64,000 nucleotides of DNA from Anaeramoeba ignava BMAN (lineage: Eukaryota; Protista; Anaeramoebae): NCBI GenBank assembly GCA_028826165.1, contig JAPDFW010000132.1, positions 62,001-126,000 of the forward strand, written 5' to 3'. Positions 37,301 to 50,125 of the stretch are shown piece after piece. The notes beneath the pieces were generated by a model, which did not search any database, was not told the origin of the DNA, and was given only the letters and a program-made list of their open reading frames with translations. Positions within the stretch are counted from its first letter, which is position 1. Each line of letters starts with the position of its first letter. Position numbers and translations under genes: made by a program.

Positions 37301-40300
37301 TAATTTTGAAACTCTATGAGGAGGTAATAATTTAAAATCTTGAAAACTTGACATCATTTTTCCTTGATCAAGTTCAACATAAACAAATTGTTCAAGTGGT
37401 AATTTTTCAGCTTTTGGAATCATATATTTTAATATACCAACAACCATAGGAACAGGTGCACATAATACATCTGTTAAAGATTCTGGTAAAGCAGGAATTA
37501 CAACATGCTTTTGAATTTTTCAATTAAATTTGAATTAATTTTCATTTCATTTAATTTGAATTTTTCATTTCATTTTTAATTTGAATTTTTCATTTCATTT
37601 TTAATTTGAATTTACATGCCAATTAAATGGTTGGATTAAAGCTAAACTTGCTTGAATTGATTGTGTTAAAATTCCAATATTTTCAGAAGAAAAAAATACT
37701 CTTCTTTCAAGTAATAAAGAAGCAAATAAACAAACTATCAATTTTGCGTCAAGTCTTTCCAATAATAATTTAATATTATACTTTTTTAATTTTGAATTAA
37801 ATTTAAATTTAATTTAAAGTTTGAATTTTAATTTGAATTTAATTTTGAATTAATTTGAAATTTGATTTTGGTTTGAATTTTAATTTTTGATTTTAATTTG
37901 AATTTTAATTTTTGTTTTGATTTTAATTTGAAATTTAATTTTGAATTGAAATTTCTATATAAAATTTGATACATCTCCAAGTATTTTTTTTGAACGAGTT
38001 AAACGTATTTTTCCTTCTGTAAAACTACCTGTAGGAGGTAAATTTATATATATTGAGTCTCCACATCTGGGTGTTGGTATTTTTTGAAGTGAAACTAAAA
38101 ATTTATTTAATAAATTTGCTGGTTGTTTTTTCCATAATTCAATTGCTGAAATAATTTCATCAAATAATGAAAACATTGGACTATATTTTATCAAAAAAAA
38201 AGTTTCCAATTTTATTTTAATTTTATTTTAATTTTAATTTAAATTTTAAAATTTTAATTACTTATAAGTTAAAATGATTAAAGATTCTAATAAATCATCT
38301 GAAATAAAAAATCTTCTACAAATAACATATGTATGAAAGGCATCTGAATCTGTTAAAACTATTGAGAAAGTTTCACTAAGAAAAAGTTATAATTATATTA
38401 ATATTTATTTATTTATTATATTTATATTTATATTTATATTTATATTTATATTTATATTTATATTTATATTTATATTTATATTTATATTTATAATTATATT
38501 TATATTTATATTTATATTTATATTTATATTTATATTTATATTTATATTTATATTTATATTTATATTTATATTATTTTATATTTATATTTATATTTATATT
38601 TATATTTATATTTATATTTATATTTATATTTATATTATTTTATATTTATATTTATATTTATATTTATATTTTTATATTTATATTTATATTTATATTTATA
38701 TTTATGTTTATATATTTATATTTTATATTTATATTTTATATTTATATTTATATTTATATTTATATTTATATTTATATTTATATTTATATTTATATTTATA
38801 TTTATATTTATATTTATATTTATATTTATATTTTATATTTATATTTATATTTATATTTATATTTATATTTATATTTTATATTTATATTTATATTTATGTT
38901 TATGTTTATAGTTTATATTTTATATTTATATTTATATTTTATATTTTATATTTTTATATTTATATTTATATTTTATATTTATATTTATATTTATATTTAT
39001 ATTTATATTTTATATTTATATTTATATTTATATTTTATATTTATATTTTATATTTATATTTATATTTATATTTATATTTTATGTTTATATTTATATTTAT
39101 ATTTATATTTATATTTATATTTATATTTATATTTATATTTATATTTATATTTATATTTATGTTTATATTTATATTTATGTTTATGTTTATATTTTATATT
39201 TATATATTTTATATTTTATATTTTATTTTTATATTTTATATTTATATGTTTATATTTTATATTTTATATTTATATTTATATTTATATTTATGTTTATATT
39301 TTATATTTTATATTTATATTTATATTTATATTTATATTTTATATTTATATTTTTATATTTATATTTATATTTATATTTATATTTATATTTATATTTATAT
39401 TTTTGTTTATATTTATATTTTATATTTATATTTATATTTATATTTATATTTATATTTATATTTATATTTATTTTATATTTTTATTTATATTTATATTTAT
39501 ATTTATATTTATATTTATATTTATATTTATAATTTATATTTATATTTATATTTTTTATATTTATATTTTATTTATTATATATTTATATTTATATTTATAT
39601 TTATAATTATATTTATATTTATATTTATATTTATATTTATAGAGTTATATTTATATTTATATTTTATATTTTTATATTTATATTTATTTTTATATTTATA
39701 TTTATATTTATATTTATATTTATATTTATATTTATATTTATATTTATATTTATATTTATATTTATATTTATATTTATATTTATATTTATATTTATATTTA
39801 GATTTATAATTTATATTTATATTTTATATTTTAAATATTTATATTTATATTTATATTTATATTTAGATTTATATTTTATATTTATATTATATTTATATTT
39901 ATATTTATATTTATATTTATATTTTATATTTATATTTATAATTAATTTATATTTAGGATTTAGATTTAGATTTAGATTTATATTTATATTTATATTTATA
40001 TTTATATTTATATTTATATTTATATTTATATTTATATTTATATTTATATTTATATTTTATATTTATATTTATATTTATATTTATATTTAGATTTATAATT
40101 TATATTTATATTTATATTTATATTTAGATTTATAATTTATATTTATATTTATATTTATATTTATATTTATATTTATATTTATATTTATATTTATATTTAT
40201 ATTAATAAATACACAGATTTTTCATTGCTTGATAATTTTAAAAGTCTTTCTGTATCAGGAAAACAAAATAAACGAATTTTCTTTTCAAAATCAATATCAG

Positions 40301-40418
40301 GTTTTCCTGGATAACGAAAAATAATTTCAACATCAGAAGGAATTTCTGTTGAATTTTTTGAAAGAGATTTATTATATTGAACAATATAAAAATTTTCAAA
40401 TAACTTTGGAGAATTCAT
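34383..40418 (-). CDS. DENN-domain protein (putative Rab GEF), 7 exons
   Basis: u[28 protein letters not shown]; c[17 protein letters not shown]....[26 protein letters not shown]; dDENN F...[18 protein letters not shown]; NQ-rich tail. Confidence 0.93.
35469..37263 (-). repeat. 1795-nt intron filled with 12-mer (TTTCAATATTTA)n on the sense strand
   Basis: (AAATAAATATTG)n on +; GT-AG boundaries on -. Confidence 0.93.
38376..40212 (-). repeat. 1837-nt intron filled with hexamer (ATAAAT)n on the sense strand
   Basis: (TTTATA)n on +; boundaries join EKSV|ETFSIVLTD. Confidence 0.93.
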
Positions 40419-40546
40419 TTTTTAAATTTAGAAATAAAAAAATGAAAAAGAATTTCTTTCAAAAAATTTTAATTTTTTTTTTTCATTTTTTTTTTTCATT
40501 TTTTTTTATTTTTTTTTTGCTTATTTTCTTTTAGAACAAGTCAATT

Positions 40547-43285
40547 ATGACCTCAGAATCAGATCTTGATGTGAATCCTTTTGATGTATTTTTAAACAAT
40601 AAAAAAATCTCTCAATTTTATTTCTAAATAAGATTCACAAGTTTTGATTATAATTTTTATTTTTATTTAATAAAAACAAACGAATAAAAAAATTTTTTTT
40701 TGAAATAATAAATTTAAATCAAAAAAAAAAAACAATTTAATTTGTTTTAAAAGGATTCAGCAATAAGACAACATGACGATACAAAAGTTGCTGGATTAAG
40801 CAATTATAATCCATTTGAAGAAAATGTTGACCTTGTATTTTTAACTATTTATTATTTTAATTCAATTTATTATTCTTTTTTTTAATTATCCTTTTTTTTC
40901 AATTAATTTTTTTCAATTAATTTTTTTCAATTAATTTTTTTTAATTATTTTTTTCCTTTTTATTTTAAGGATGATAAAGATGATCCAGAAGATTTAGGTC
41001 ATTATGAACCTCCTTTGACAACAATTGATAATCCTTTTGGTTTGCATCTTTATTATACTTTATAATTTTATGATTCAATTTTTGATTTAATTTTAAAAAA
41101 CAAGAAAAAAAATTGATAAAAAAATTGATAAAAAAATATTTCAATTTATAATTAAATTATTATTTTAATTCGCTTTTATTTTTAGTTACTGATAAAATGG
41201 CAGAAATTGATCAAAAACCTAAAACTTTAGATGAAAGAAAATTAGAAGTTGAACAAAGACATCGAGAATTAGATGAAAGAGAAAGAATGTTAGATAAAAG
41301 AGTGAAAAATTTAGGTATTTCAATCAAAATTCACTACGAAATTAAAATTAAAATTCATTTACAAAATTAAAATTAAAATTAAAATTAAAATTAATATTAA
41401 TATTAAAATTAAAATTAAAATCAAAATCAAAATCAAAATTTAAATTAAAATTCATTTATAAAATTAATAATCAAAATTTAAACTAAAATTAATAATCAAA
41501 ATTAAAATTAAAATTGAAATTAAAATTAAAATCAAAATTAAAATTAAAATTAAAATCAAAATTAAAATTAAAATTAAAATTAAAATTAAAATTAAAATCA
41601 AATTTTAAATTCAATTTTATATAAAAAGGTGATAATTATAACCGACCACATAATTGGCCAAAGTGTTATCCTTTTCTTCATCATAATATTTCATCTGATA
41701 TACCAAAAGAAAATCGTACAATGATTCGTCTTGCTTATTGGGCTTGGATTTGTATAATTTAAAAACTGAAATTAAAAAATGGAATTAAAAATGAAATTAA
41801 AAATGAAATTAAAAATAAATTTAAAAAATGAAATTAAAAATGAATTTAAAAACTGAATTTAAAAATGAATTTAAAAAATGGAATTAAAAATGAAATTAAA
41901 AAATGAATTTAAAAAATGAAATTAAAAATGAATTAAAAAATGAATTTAAAATGGATTTAAAACTGAATTTAAAAAATGAAATTAAAAATGAATTTAAAAA
42001 CTGAATTTAAAAATGAATTTAAAAAATGGAATTAAAAATGGAATTAAAAATGGATTTAAAAAATGAAATTAAAAATGAATTTAAAAATGAAATTAAAAAT
42101 GAATTCAAAAACTGAAATTAAAAATGAATTTAAAAAATGAATTTAAAAATGAAATTAAAAATGAAATTAAAAATAAATTAAAAAATGAAATTAAAAATGG
42201 AATTAAAAATGAAATTAAAAATGAAATTAAAAATGGAATTAAAAATGGAATTAAAAATGAAATTAAAAATGGAATTAAAAATGAATTCAAAAACTGAATT
42301 TAAAAATGAAATTTAAAAATAAATTTAAAATGAAATTAAAAATGAATTAAAAATGAATTTAAAAAATGAATTTAAAAATGAAATTAAAAAATGAATTTAA
42401 AAATAAATTAAAAAATGAAATTAAAAATGAAATTAAAAATGAATTTAAAAATAAATTTAAAATTAAAAGGGGGAGTTATTGGAACATCATGGAATTTTAT
42501 TTGTGTATTTGCAAAATTGGGTGTTGATAATGCAAAACATAAAGGAAATGATGTTGGATTAGGAATAGCTTATTTTTTATTTTCTCCACCTTTATCTTGG
42601 ATTTTTTGGTATAGATTATTATATAATGCAGCCAGGTAATTATAAATTTAAATAAATTATAAATTAAAATAAATTATAAATTATAATAAATTATAAATTT
42701 AAATAAATTATAAATTATAAATTATAAATTTAAATAAATTATAAATTATAAATTTAAATAGAAAGAATAAATCTTTTAAATTCTTGACTTTCTTTTGTAC
42801 TTTCTTTTTCTGGATGTTACTTGCTGCTGTTTTTGTTGTTGGTGTTGATGGAACTGGTTGTGCGTAAGTTATATCAAACAAATCCGATTAAAAAATTAAA
42901 ATTAAAATTAAAATTAAAATTAAAATCAAAATTAAATTTAAAATTATAATCAAAATCAAAATTAAAATTAAAATTAAATTTAAAATTAAATTTAAAATTA
43001 AAATTAAATTTAAAATTATAATCAAAATTAAATTTAAAAAGTGGAATTGTGAATACTGTTAATGTTTTTGATTGCAAATCACAATCTGTTGGAATATTAT
43101 TTGTTGTGAATATTTTAGTTTGGTTTTTCCAGTTACTATTTGATGTTTTTCTTTTCAAAATGGTTCATAGTTTCTACAGAAGTTCAGGTGGTTCAGTTGA
43201 AAAAGCGAAAAAAGAAGTTGCACAAGAAACAACTTCAATTGCTGTTGATTTCCAAAAAGAAGCAGTTAAAAGTCAATTAAAATAA
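40547..43285 (+). CDS. SCAMP: Secretory carrier membrane protein, 8 exons
   Basis: Three N-terminal NPF motifs, coiled coil (RELDERERML), NWPKCYPF.HHNI..DIP, four TMs, PLSWIFWYRLLYNAAR, FYRSSGGSVEKAKKE. Confidence 0.95.
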
Positions 43286-43787
43286 TTTACTTTTTTTTTT
43301 TACTTTTTTTTTTTGCTTTTTTTTTTTGCTTTTCTTTTCAAAAAAAAAAAATAATTTTCCTCAATTTAAGAAAAAAAAATTTTTTTTTCCAGATCAATTT
43401 TTGAACAAACAAAACTTAATTTCAAAACAAAAATCAAAATAAAACAAAAATATTAAAAATAAATTAGAAAATTATATTAAAATCATTAAAAAGATTGATC
43501 AAAAAAAAATAAATAATTTAAAATAAATTTGTTTATTTATTTTTTGAAAGATCAATTTCTAAATAACTTTTTAAAAAATAAATTAAAATAATGACTCGAT
43601 AAATTAAATTAAAATTAAAATTAAAATTAAAAATTAAAAATTAAAAAAAATTTTTTCAAATTATTTTTCAAATTTATTTTTTTTTTTTCCTTTTTTTTTC
43701 CATTTTAATTTTTATCAAAAAAATTCCAACGAAAAAAACCGAAAACTAAAAAAGAAGAAAAAACTAACGAAAAAAAAAATTAAAACA

Positions 43788-46700
43788 ATGAATGAATTCA
43801 ATAAAATTTTAGAAAATATAAATTTAAAGTCAATTCGAGAACCTGAATTTTTAGACAGAATAACTGAGACAAATATTCGAAGTTTTACATGGAGTTTACT
43901 TTTAGGATGTTTTGGAGAAAAAATAAACAGGGGAAACTTTCTACAAATACTTCAAGAAACAAGAACTCGATATGAAATTCTTCGAGAAAAATATGTTGAA
44001 AATAAAGTGATTCCTTTATTTGAAAATAACAGTGAGTTTCCAAACAAAGTGGATATGAATGAGTTGCATCGAATCCTTGTTTTAGATGTCAAACGTACTG
44101 ATCCTCAAAGCGAATTATTTGCTAAGAAAAACATTCAGGAAATGATGAAGAATGTTCTTTTGATTTATGTTTATGAAAACCAAAGAAATGATGGATATAA
44201 ACAAGGAATGCATGAGATTCTTATTCCTGTTATTTATATCTTACAAAAGGATTTGGAATATTCTCGAATTGAACGAGAGAAATATCAGTAACAAAAAATT
44301 TTTTGGATCTTTGTTTATTATTTCTTTTTTGATTTATAAATGTTATATTTATTTTTGATCCCCTTTAGATCTTATTTATAATAATAATTTTAATAATAAA
44401 TATAATAATAAATTTAATAATAATTTTAATAATAAATATAATAATAAATTTAATAATAAATTTAATAATAAATTTAATAATAAATTTAATAATAAATTTA
44501 ATAATAATTTTAATAATAATTTTAATAATAATTATAATAATAAATTTAATAATAATTATAATAATAAATTTAATAATAAATTTAATAATAAATTTAATAA
44601 TAATTTTTAATAATAATTTTAATAATAAATTTAATAATAACTTTAATAATAAATTTAATAATAATTATAATAATAATTTTATTAATAATTTAATAACAAT
44701 TTTTATAATAAATTTAATAATAAATTTAATAATAATTATAATAATAATTTTAATAATAATTTTAATAATATTTTTAATAATATATTTAATAATAATTTAA
44801 TAATAAATTTAATAATAATTTTAATATTAAAATTAATAATAATATTAATAATAATTTTATCTTTCTTTTTACTTAAAAAATTAGAAATCAAATGAGAGAA
44901 AATATTGAATATTTTTCTTTTTTTAATGAAAATTACTTTGAACATACAATTTTCTTATTATATGAAAAATTAATGAAGATTATTTCTCCTCTTTTTATAA
45001 GTCACAAACAAAATTTAACACCATCACTTCCTGAAAAAGTTGATGAAAAAGTTATCAAAGAAGAATATCATGAAGTTATTTCTGAATTTCAATTAAAAAG
45101 TGATGAAATCCAAAATGTTATACTTTTCTCAAAAGATCCAGATCTTTCTAATTATCTTAAATCCAAAGAAGTTGAACCAGGAATTTATTTAGTGTAATTT
45201 TAAAAATTATTTTATGATCATTTATTATTTAAAAATTTATTTTTTTGTTCCACTTTTTTTTTTCTTTTTTTTCTTAAATAGTCGATGGACTCGTTTAATG
45301 TTTTTACGTGAATTTCATTTGGAAGATGTTCTTATTATTTGGGATTCAATTCTTGGATCAGAAAATCCTTTAAAATTTGTTGATTACTTTTGTGTTTCTA
45401 TGTTGATTTTTATTCGAGAACAATGTAAAATTTATTTCAAAATTTATTTTAATATTTATTTCAATATTTATTTAAATATTTATTTAAATAATTATTTCAA
45501 ATTTATTTCAATATTTATTTTAATATTTATTTTAATATTTATTTCAATATTTATTTCAATATTTATTTCAATATTTATTTAAATATTTATTTTAATATTT
45601 ATTTAAATATTTATTTTAAAATTTATTTCAATATTTATTTCAATATTTATTTCAATATTTATTTAAATATTTATTTCAATATTTATTTCAATATTTATTT
45701 CAAAATTTATTTCAATATTTATTTAAATATTTATTTCAATATTTATTTTAAAATTTATTTAAATATTTATTTCAAAAATTATTTCAATATTTATTTAAAT
45801 ATTTATTTCAATATTTATTTAAATATTTATTTCAATATTTATTTTAAAATTTATTTCAATATTTATTTCAAAATTTATTTCAAAATTTATTTCAATATTT
45901 ATTTCAATATTTATTTCAATATTTATTTCAATATTTATTTCAATATTTATTTCAATATTTATTTCAATATTTATTTAAATATTTATTTCAATAATTATTT
46001 CAATATTTATTTAAATATTTATTTCAATAATTATTTCAATATTTATTTCAAAATTTATTTCAATATTTATTTCAATATTTATTTCAATATTTATTTCAAT
46101 ATTTATTTCAAAATTTATTTTTAATATTTATTTAAATATTTATTTCAATATTTATTTAAATATTTATTTCAATATTTATTTCAATATTTATTTAAATATT
46201 TATTTCAATATTTATTTAAATATTTATTTCATTATTTATTTCAATATTTATTTCAAATTATTTCAATATTTATTTCAATATTTATTTCAATATTTATTTC
46301 AATATTTATTTCAATATTTATTTCAATATTTATTTCAATATTTATTTCAATATTTATTTAAATATTTATTTCAATATTTATTTCAATAATTATTTTTAAT
46401 ATTTATTTCAATATTTATTTCAATATTTATTTAAATATTTATTTCAATATTTATTTCAATATTTATTTTAATATTTATTTTTAATATTTATTTCAATATT
46501 TATTTCAATATTTATTTCAATATTTATTTCAATATTTATTTCAATATTTATTTTAATATTTATTTCAATATTTATTTCAATATTTATTTCAATATTTATT
46601 TTCAATATTTATTTAAATATTTATTTCAATATTTATTTCAATATTTATTTCAATATTTATTTAAATATTTATTTCAATATTTAATATTTATTTCAATATT

Positions 46701-48662
46701 TATTTAAATATTTATTTCAAAATTTATTTCAATATTTATTTCAATATTTATTTCAATATTTATTTAAAAATTTATTTCAAAATTTATTTCAATATTTATT
46801 TTAATATTTATTTCAATATTTATTTCAAAATTCATTTTTAATATTTATTTCAATATTTATTTCAATATTCATTTTAATATTCATTTCAATATTCATTTTA
46901 ATATTTATTTCAATATTTATTTCAATATTCATTTTAATATTTATTTCAATATTAATTTCAATATTTATTTCAATATTTATTTTAATATTTATTTAAATAT
47001 TTATTTCAATATTTATTTCAATATTTATTTCAATATTTATTTCAAAATTTATTTCAATATTTATTTCAATATTTAATTCAATATTTATTTCAAAATTTAT
47101 TTAAAATTTATTTCAATATTTATTTTAATATTTATTTCAATATTTGTTTCATTATTTATTTCAATATTTATTTAAATATTTATTTCAATATTTATTTCAA
47201 TATTTATTTCAATATTTATTTTAATATTTATTTCAATATTTATTTCAAATTATTAGTATTTAGCCTTGATAATCAATCAGGAATATTTGATAGACTCTTA
47301 AAATATCCACCAGTAGAAAATGTTCGAGTATTAATCAAACAAGCACGAGAGTTACTACATACAAAACATAAAATGAAATTTAAATTTAAACCAATTTCAC
47401 AATCAGAAAAAAAAACCAAATCAACATCAAAACAAAATGGTCAAAACAAAAATACATCAAAGAAAATCAGATTTTCTGCACATAGACATCATCATAGTAT
47501 TGATATTCCAGAAACAAATGAGAAAAATATTCTTACAAGAGTTCATACTCAAACATCTTTACCTCAAGATCTAAATAATTCAATTTCTCGAAAACAAATT
47601 TTTTTAGATTTGGATTCATCGAATCCATCAAAAGTTCAAAAAGCACTTTCTCATTTATCAACAGATCAACAGTTAAAAATTTTAACTGATCATGTCTTAA
47701 AAACTTCCCAAACTCAACTTAAATTGGGAAGAATTGTTTCAACTATTATTCAACAATTTGAAGATTATGTTCGAAAAACACAAGAATTAAAACCTCAAAT
47801 TGAAATTCAAGATTCAAAGTGATTATTTTACATTATTTTAAATTATTTCAATTTATTTCCAATTTATTTCCAAATTTATTTTACATTATTTTAAATTATT
47901 TCCAATTTATTTCCAAATTATTTTTAAATCATTTTTAATTTATTTCAAAATTATTTCCAAATTATTTTAAATCATTTAAAATTAATTTTACATTATTTCC
48001 AAATCATTTTTAAATTATTTCTAAATTTATTTTAATTTCAAATTTTTCTCTTTAAAACAAATATTTATTATTTTAATTGTAGTTTTGATATTTTAAATTC
48101 AGATTCAATATTTGAAGATATTGCTTTGTTGAAACAAGTTAAGCATGTTTTAATTCATGAATTAAGTTTTTCTGATTTTGATTATTCTTATCGAAAACAA
48201 AATTTAAGAAAAGCAAAAGAAATAGGTCATCAAAGAACTCAATCTTATCAAACAATAATGAAAAATAATCAAGAAAATTCATTTGAAACAATTAGAAGAA
48301 ATCAAAATCAAAAAATCAATGAATTTCAAACAAATCAAAACAATTCAAATCAAAATAATTCAAACAAAAATAATTCAAAAAATAATTCTAATCAAAATAA
48401 TTCAAATAAAAATAATTTAAATAAAAACAATTTAAATCAAAATAATTCAAATAAAAATAATTCAAATCAAAACAATTCTAATTCCAAAAATAATTCAAAT
48501 CAAAATAATTCAAATCAAAACAATTCAAATTCAAAAAATAATTCAAATCACAATTCAAATTCAAATAATTCAAATCAAAACAATTCAAATCAAAACAATT
48601 TAAATCAAAATGAACAAAATCACAAAAATTACAAAAATCATAAAAACCATAAATTAATTTAG
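43788..48662 (+). CDS. TBC1D5: TBC-domain Rab GAP, TBC1D5-like, 5 exons
   Basis: RS..W.LLLG, I..DVKRT (R finger), YKQGMHEILIP (Q finger), DPDL..YL...EVEP.IY..RWTRLMFLREF.LEDVL.IWD, LLKYPP; N/Q-rich tail. Confidence 0.85.
45425..47256 (+). repeat. 1832-nt intron filled with 12-mer (TTTCAATATTTA)n
   Basis: GT..AG boundaries join FIREQ|LFSLD; same unit as the DENN and CH-PH introns. Confidence 0.93.
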
Positions 48663-48892
48663 GATTTGAAATTAATAAATTTTTTTTTAGGAAAGATTGT
48701 AAAAAAAATCAATAAAAACTAAAAAAAACAAAACGAATAATTTTAATTTGTAATTTTTATTAATTTTTTTTTTGGAATCTTTTAAAAGAAAAAAATAATT
48801 TGATTGTTCCACTTTTTGTTCCACTTTTTTTTTAGATTTTTTTTAGATTTTTTTTAGATTTTTTTTAGATTTTTTTTTATTATTGAATTAAA

Positions 48893-49965
48893 TCATTTTT
48901 TATTTGGATTCCATTCTTCTTCAGGAATTAATAAATTCGGACCAAGATCGAAAACAAAAGGTTTTTGAATAGCTTTATAATCTTTATCAACAGAAGAAGC
49001 ATTAATAAAAAGAGTATTAAGATCATCTTTTTTAAAAATTCCATAAGATTCATGAACATGACCAAAAACATGAAATAAGGGTTTTACAACGGAAACAGTT
49101 TTCAATAATTCTTTACAACCGACATGAATATGTTTATTATCTTTAGTGATAATTGTATCAAGAATTCCATAAGGAGGTGTATGTGTTAAAAGAACATCAA
49201 CTTTCCCAAAATTTTCAAGTTCATCCCATTTTTCTCTTAATTCTTCTTGTGTTCTTCCAAATGCCCAATCGTGATATATCGGTTGAAATGCACTTCCCCA
49301 AAATGTATATCCTTCTATTTCGACTGATGTTTGATTTAGGATAATGAAATTTTTTAATGCTTTTTCTGCTGTTTTTGGTGATTTTTCAAATTCTAAATCA
49401 TGATTTCCCGCTAATTTTTTAATTTTAATTTTAATTTTATAAATGAATTTTAATTTTAATTTTGATTTTATAAATGATTTTTAATTTTAATTTTAATTTT
49501 AATTTTAATTTTAATTTTAATTTTAATTTTAATTTTGATTATAATTTCAATTTTAATTTGAATTTTAATTTTAATTTTAATTTTATAAATGAATTTTAAT
49601 TTTAATTTTAATTTTGATTTTAATTTTGATTTTAATTTTAATTTTAATTTAAATTTTAATTTTAATTTTAATTTTAATTTTAATTTTATAAATGAATTTT
49701 AATTTTAATTTTATAAATGAATTTTATAATTTTAATTTTAAATTGAAATCTTACGAACAAAAATTTTATATTTATGTGGGAATTGTGAAACCCAATTTGA
49801 AAATAAATCAATTTCAAATTCAGTTCCAGTATCTGTTATATCACCAACATGAATCAAAACATCTCCATCAGGAATAAAAGAAATATTATCATGATCATTA
49901 TGAGTATCAGAAATACAAACAACTCTTAATTTTTTTTGATTTAAATTTAATTGTTCTTTTTCCAT
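48893..49965 (-). CDS. Calcineurin-like metallophosphoesterase, MPPED/239FB-like, 2 exons
   Basis: RVVCISDTH, GDVLIHVGD, HKYKIFVPGNHD (across intron 49754-49411), DVLLTHTPP.G.LD, HVGC..LL, HVFGHVHESYG, FINAS. Confidence 0.93.
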
Positions 49966-50125
49966 TATTTAATTATTTAATTATTTAATTAATTTTTTTT
50001 TAAAAATGAAAAATGAAAAAATGAAAAAATAAAAATTTCTTTCTTTTTTTAATCAAAAAAAAAAAAAAAAGCAAAAAAAAAAGTGGAACAAAATAAAAAG
50101 GAAAAAAAACGAATTTAAAAATTAT

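Noticed and set aside
38704-39809. Long YI/FI/LY ORFs, and similar ORFs at 3726-4271, 11056-11625, 53372-54187 and 62890-63861
   Set aside because: Translations of intronic, intergenic or antisense microsatellites whose unit lacks a stop in that frame; most lie inside introns whose removal restores conserved proteins.
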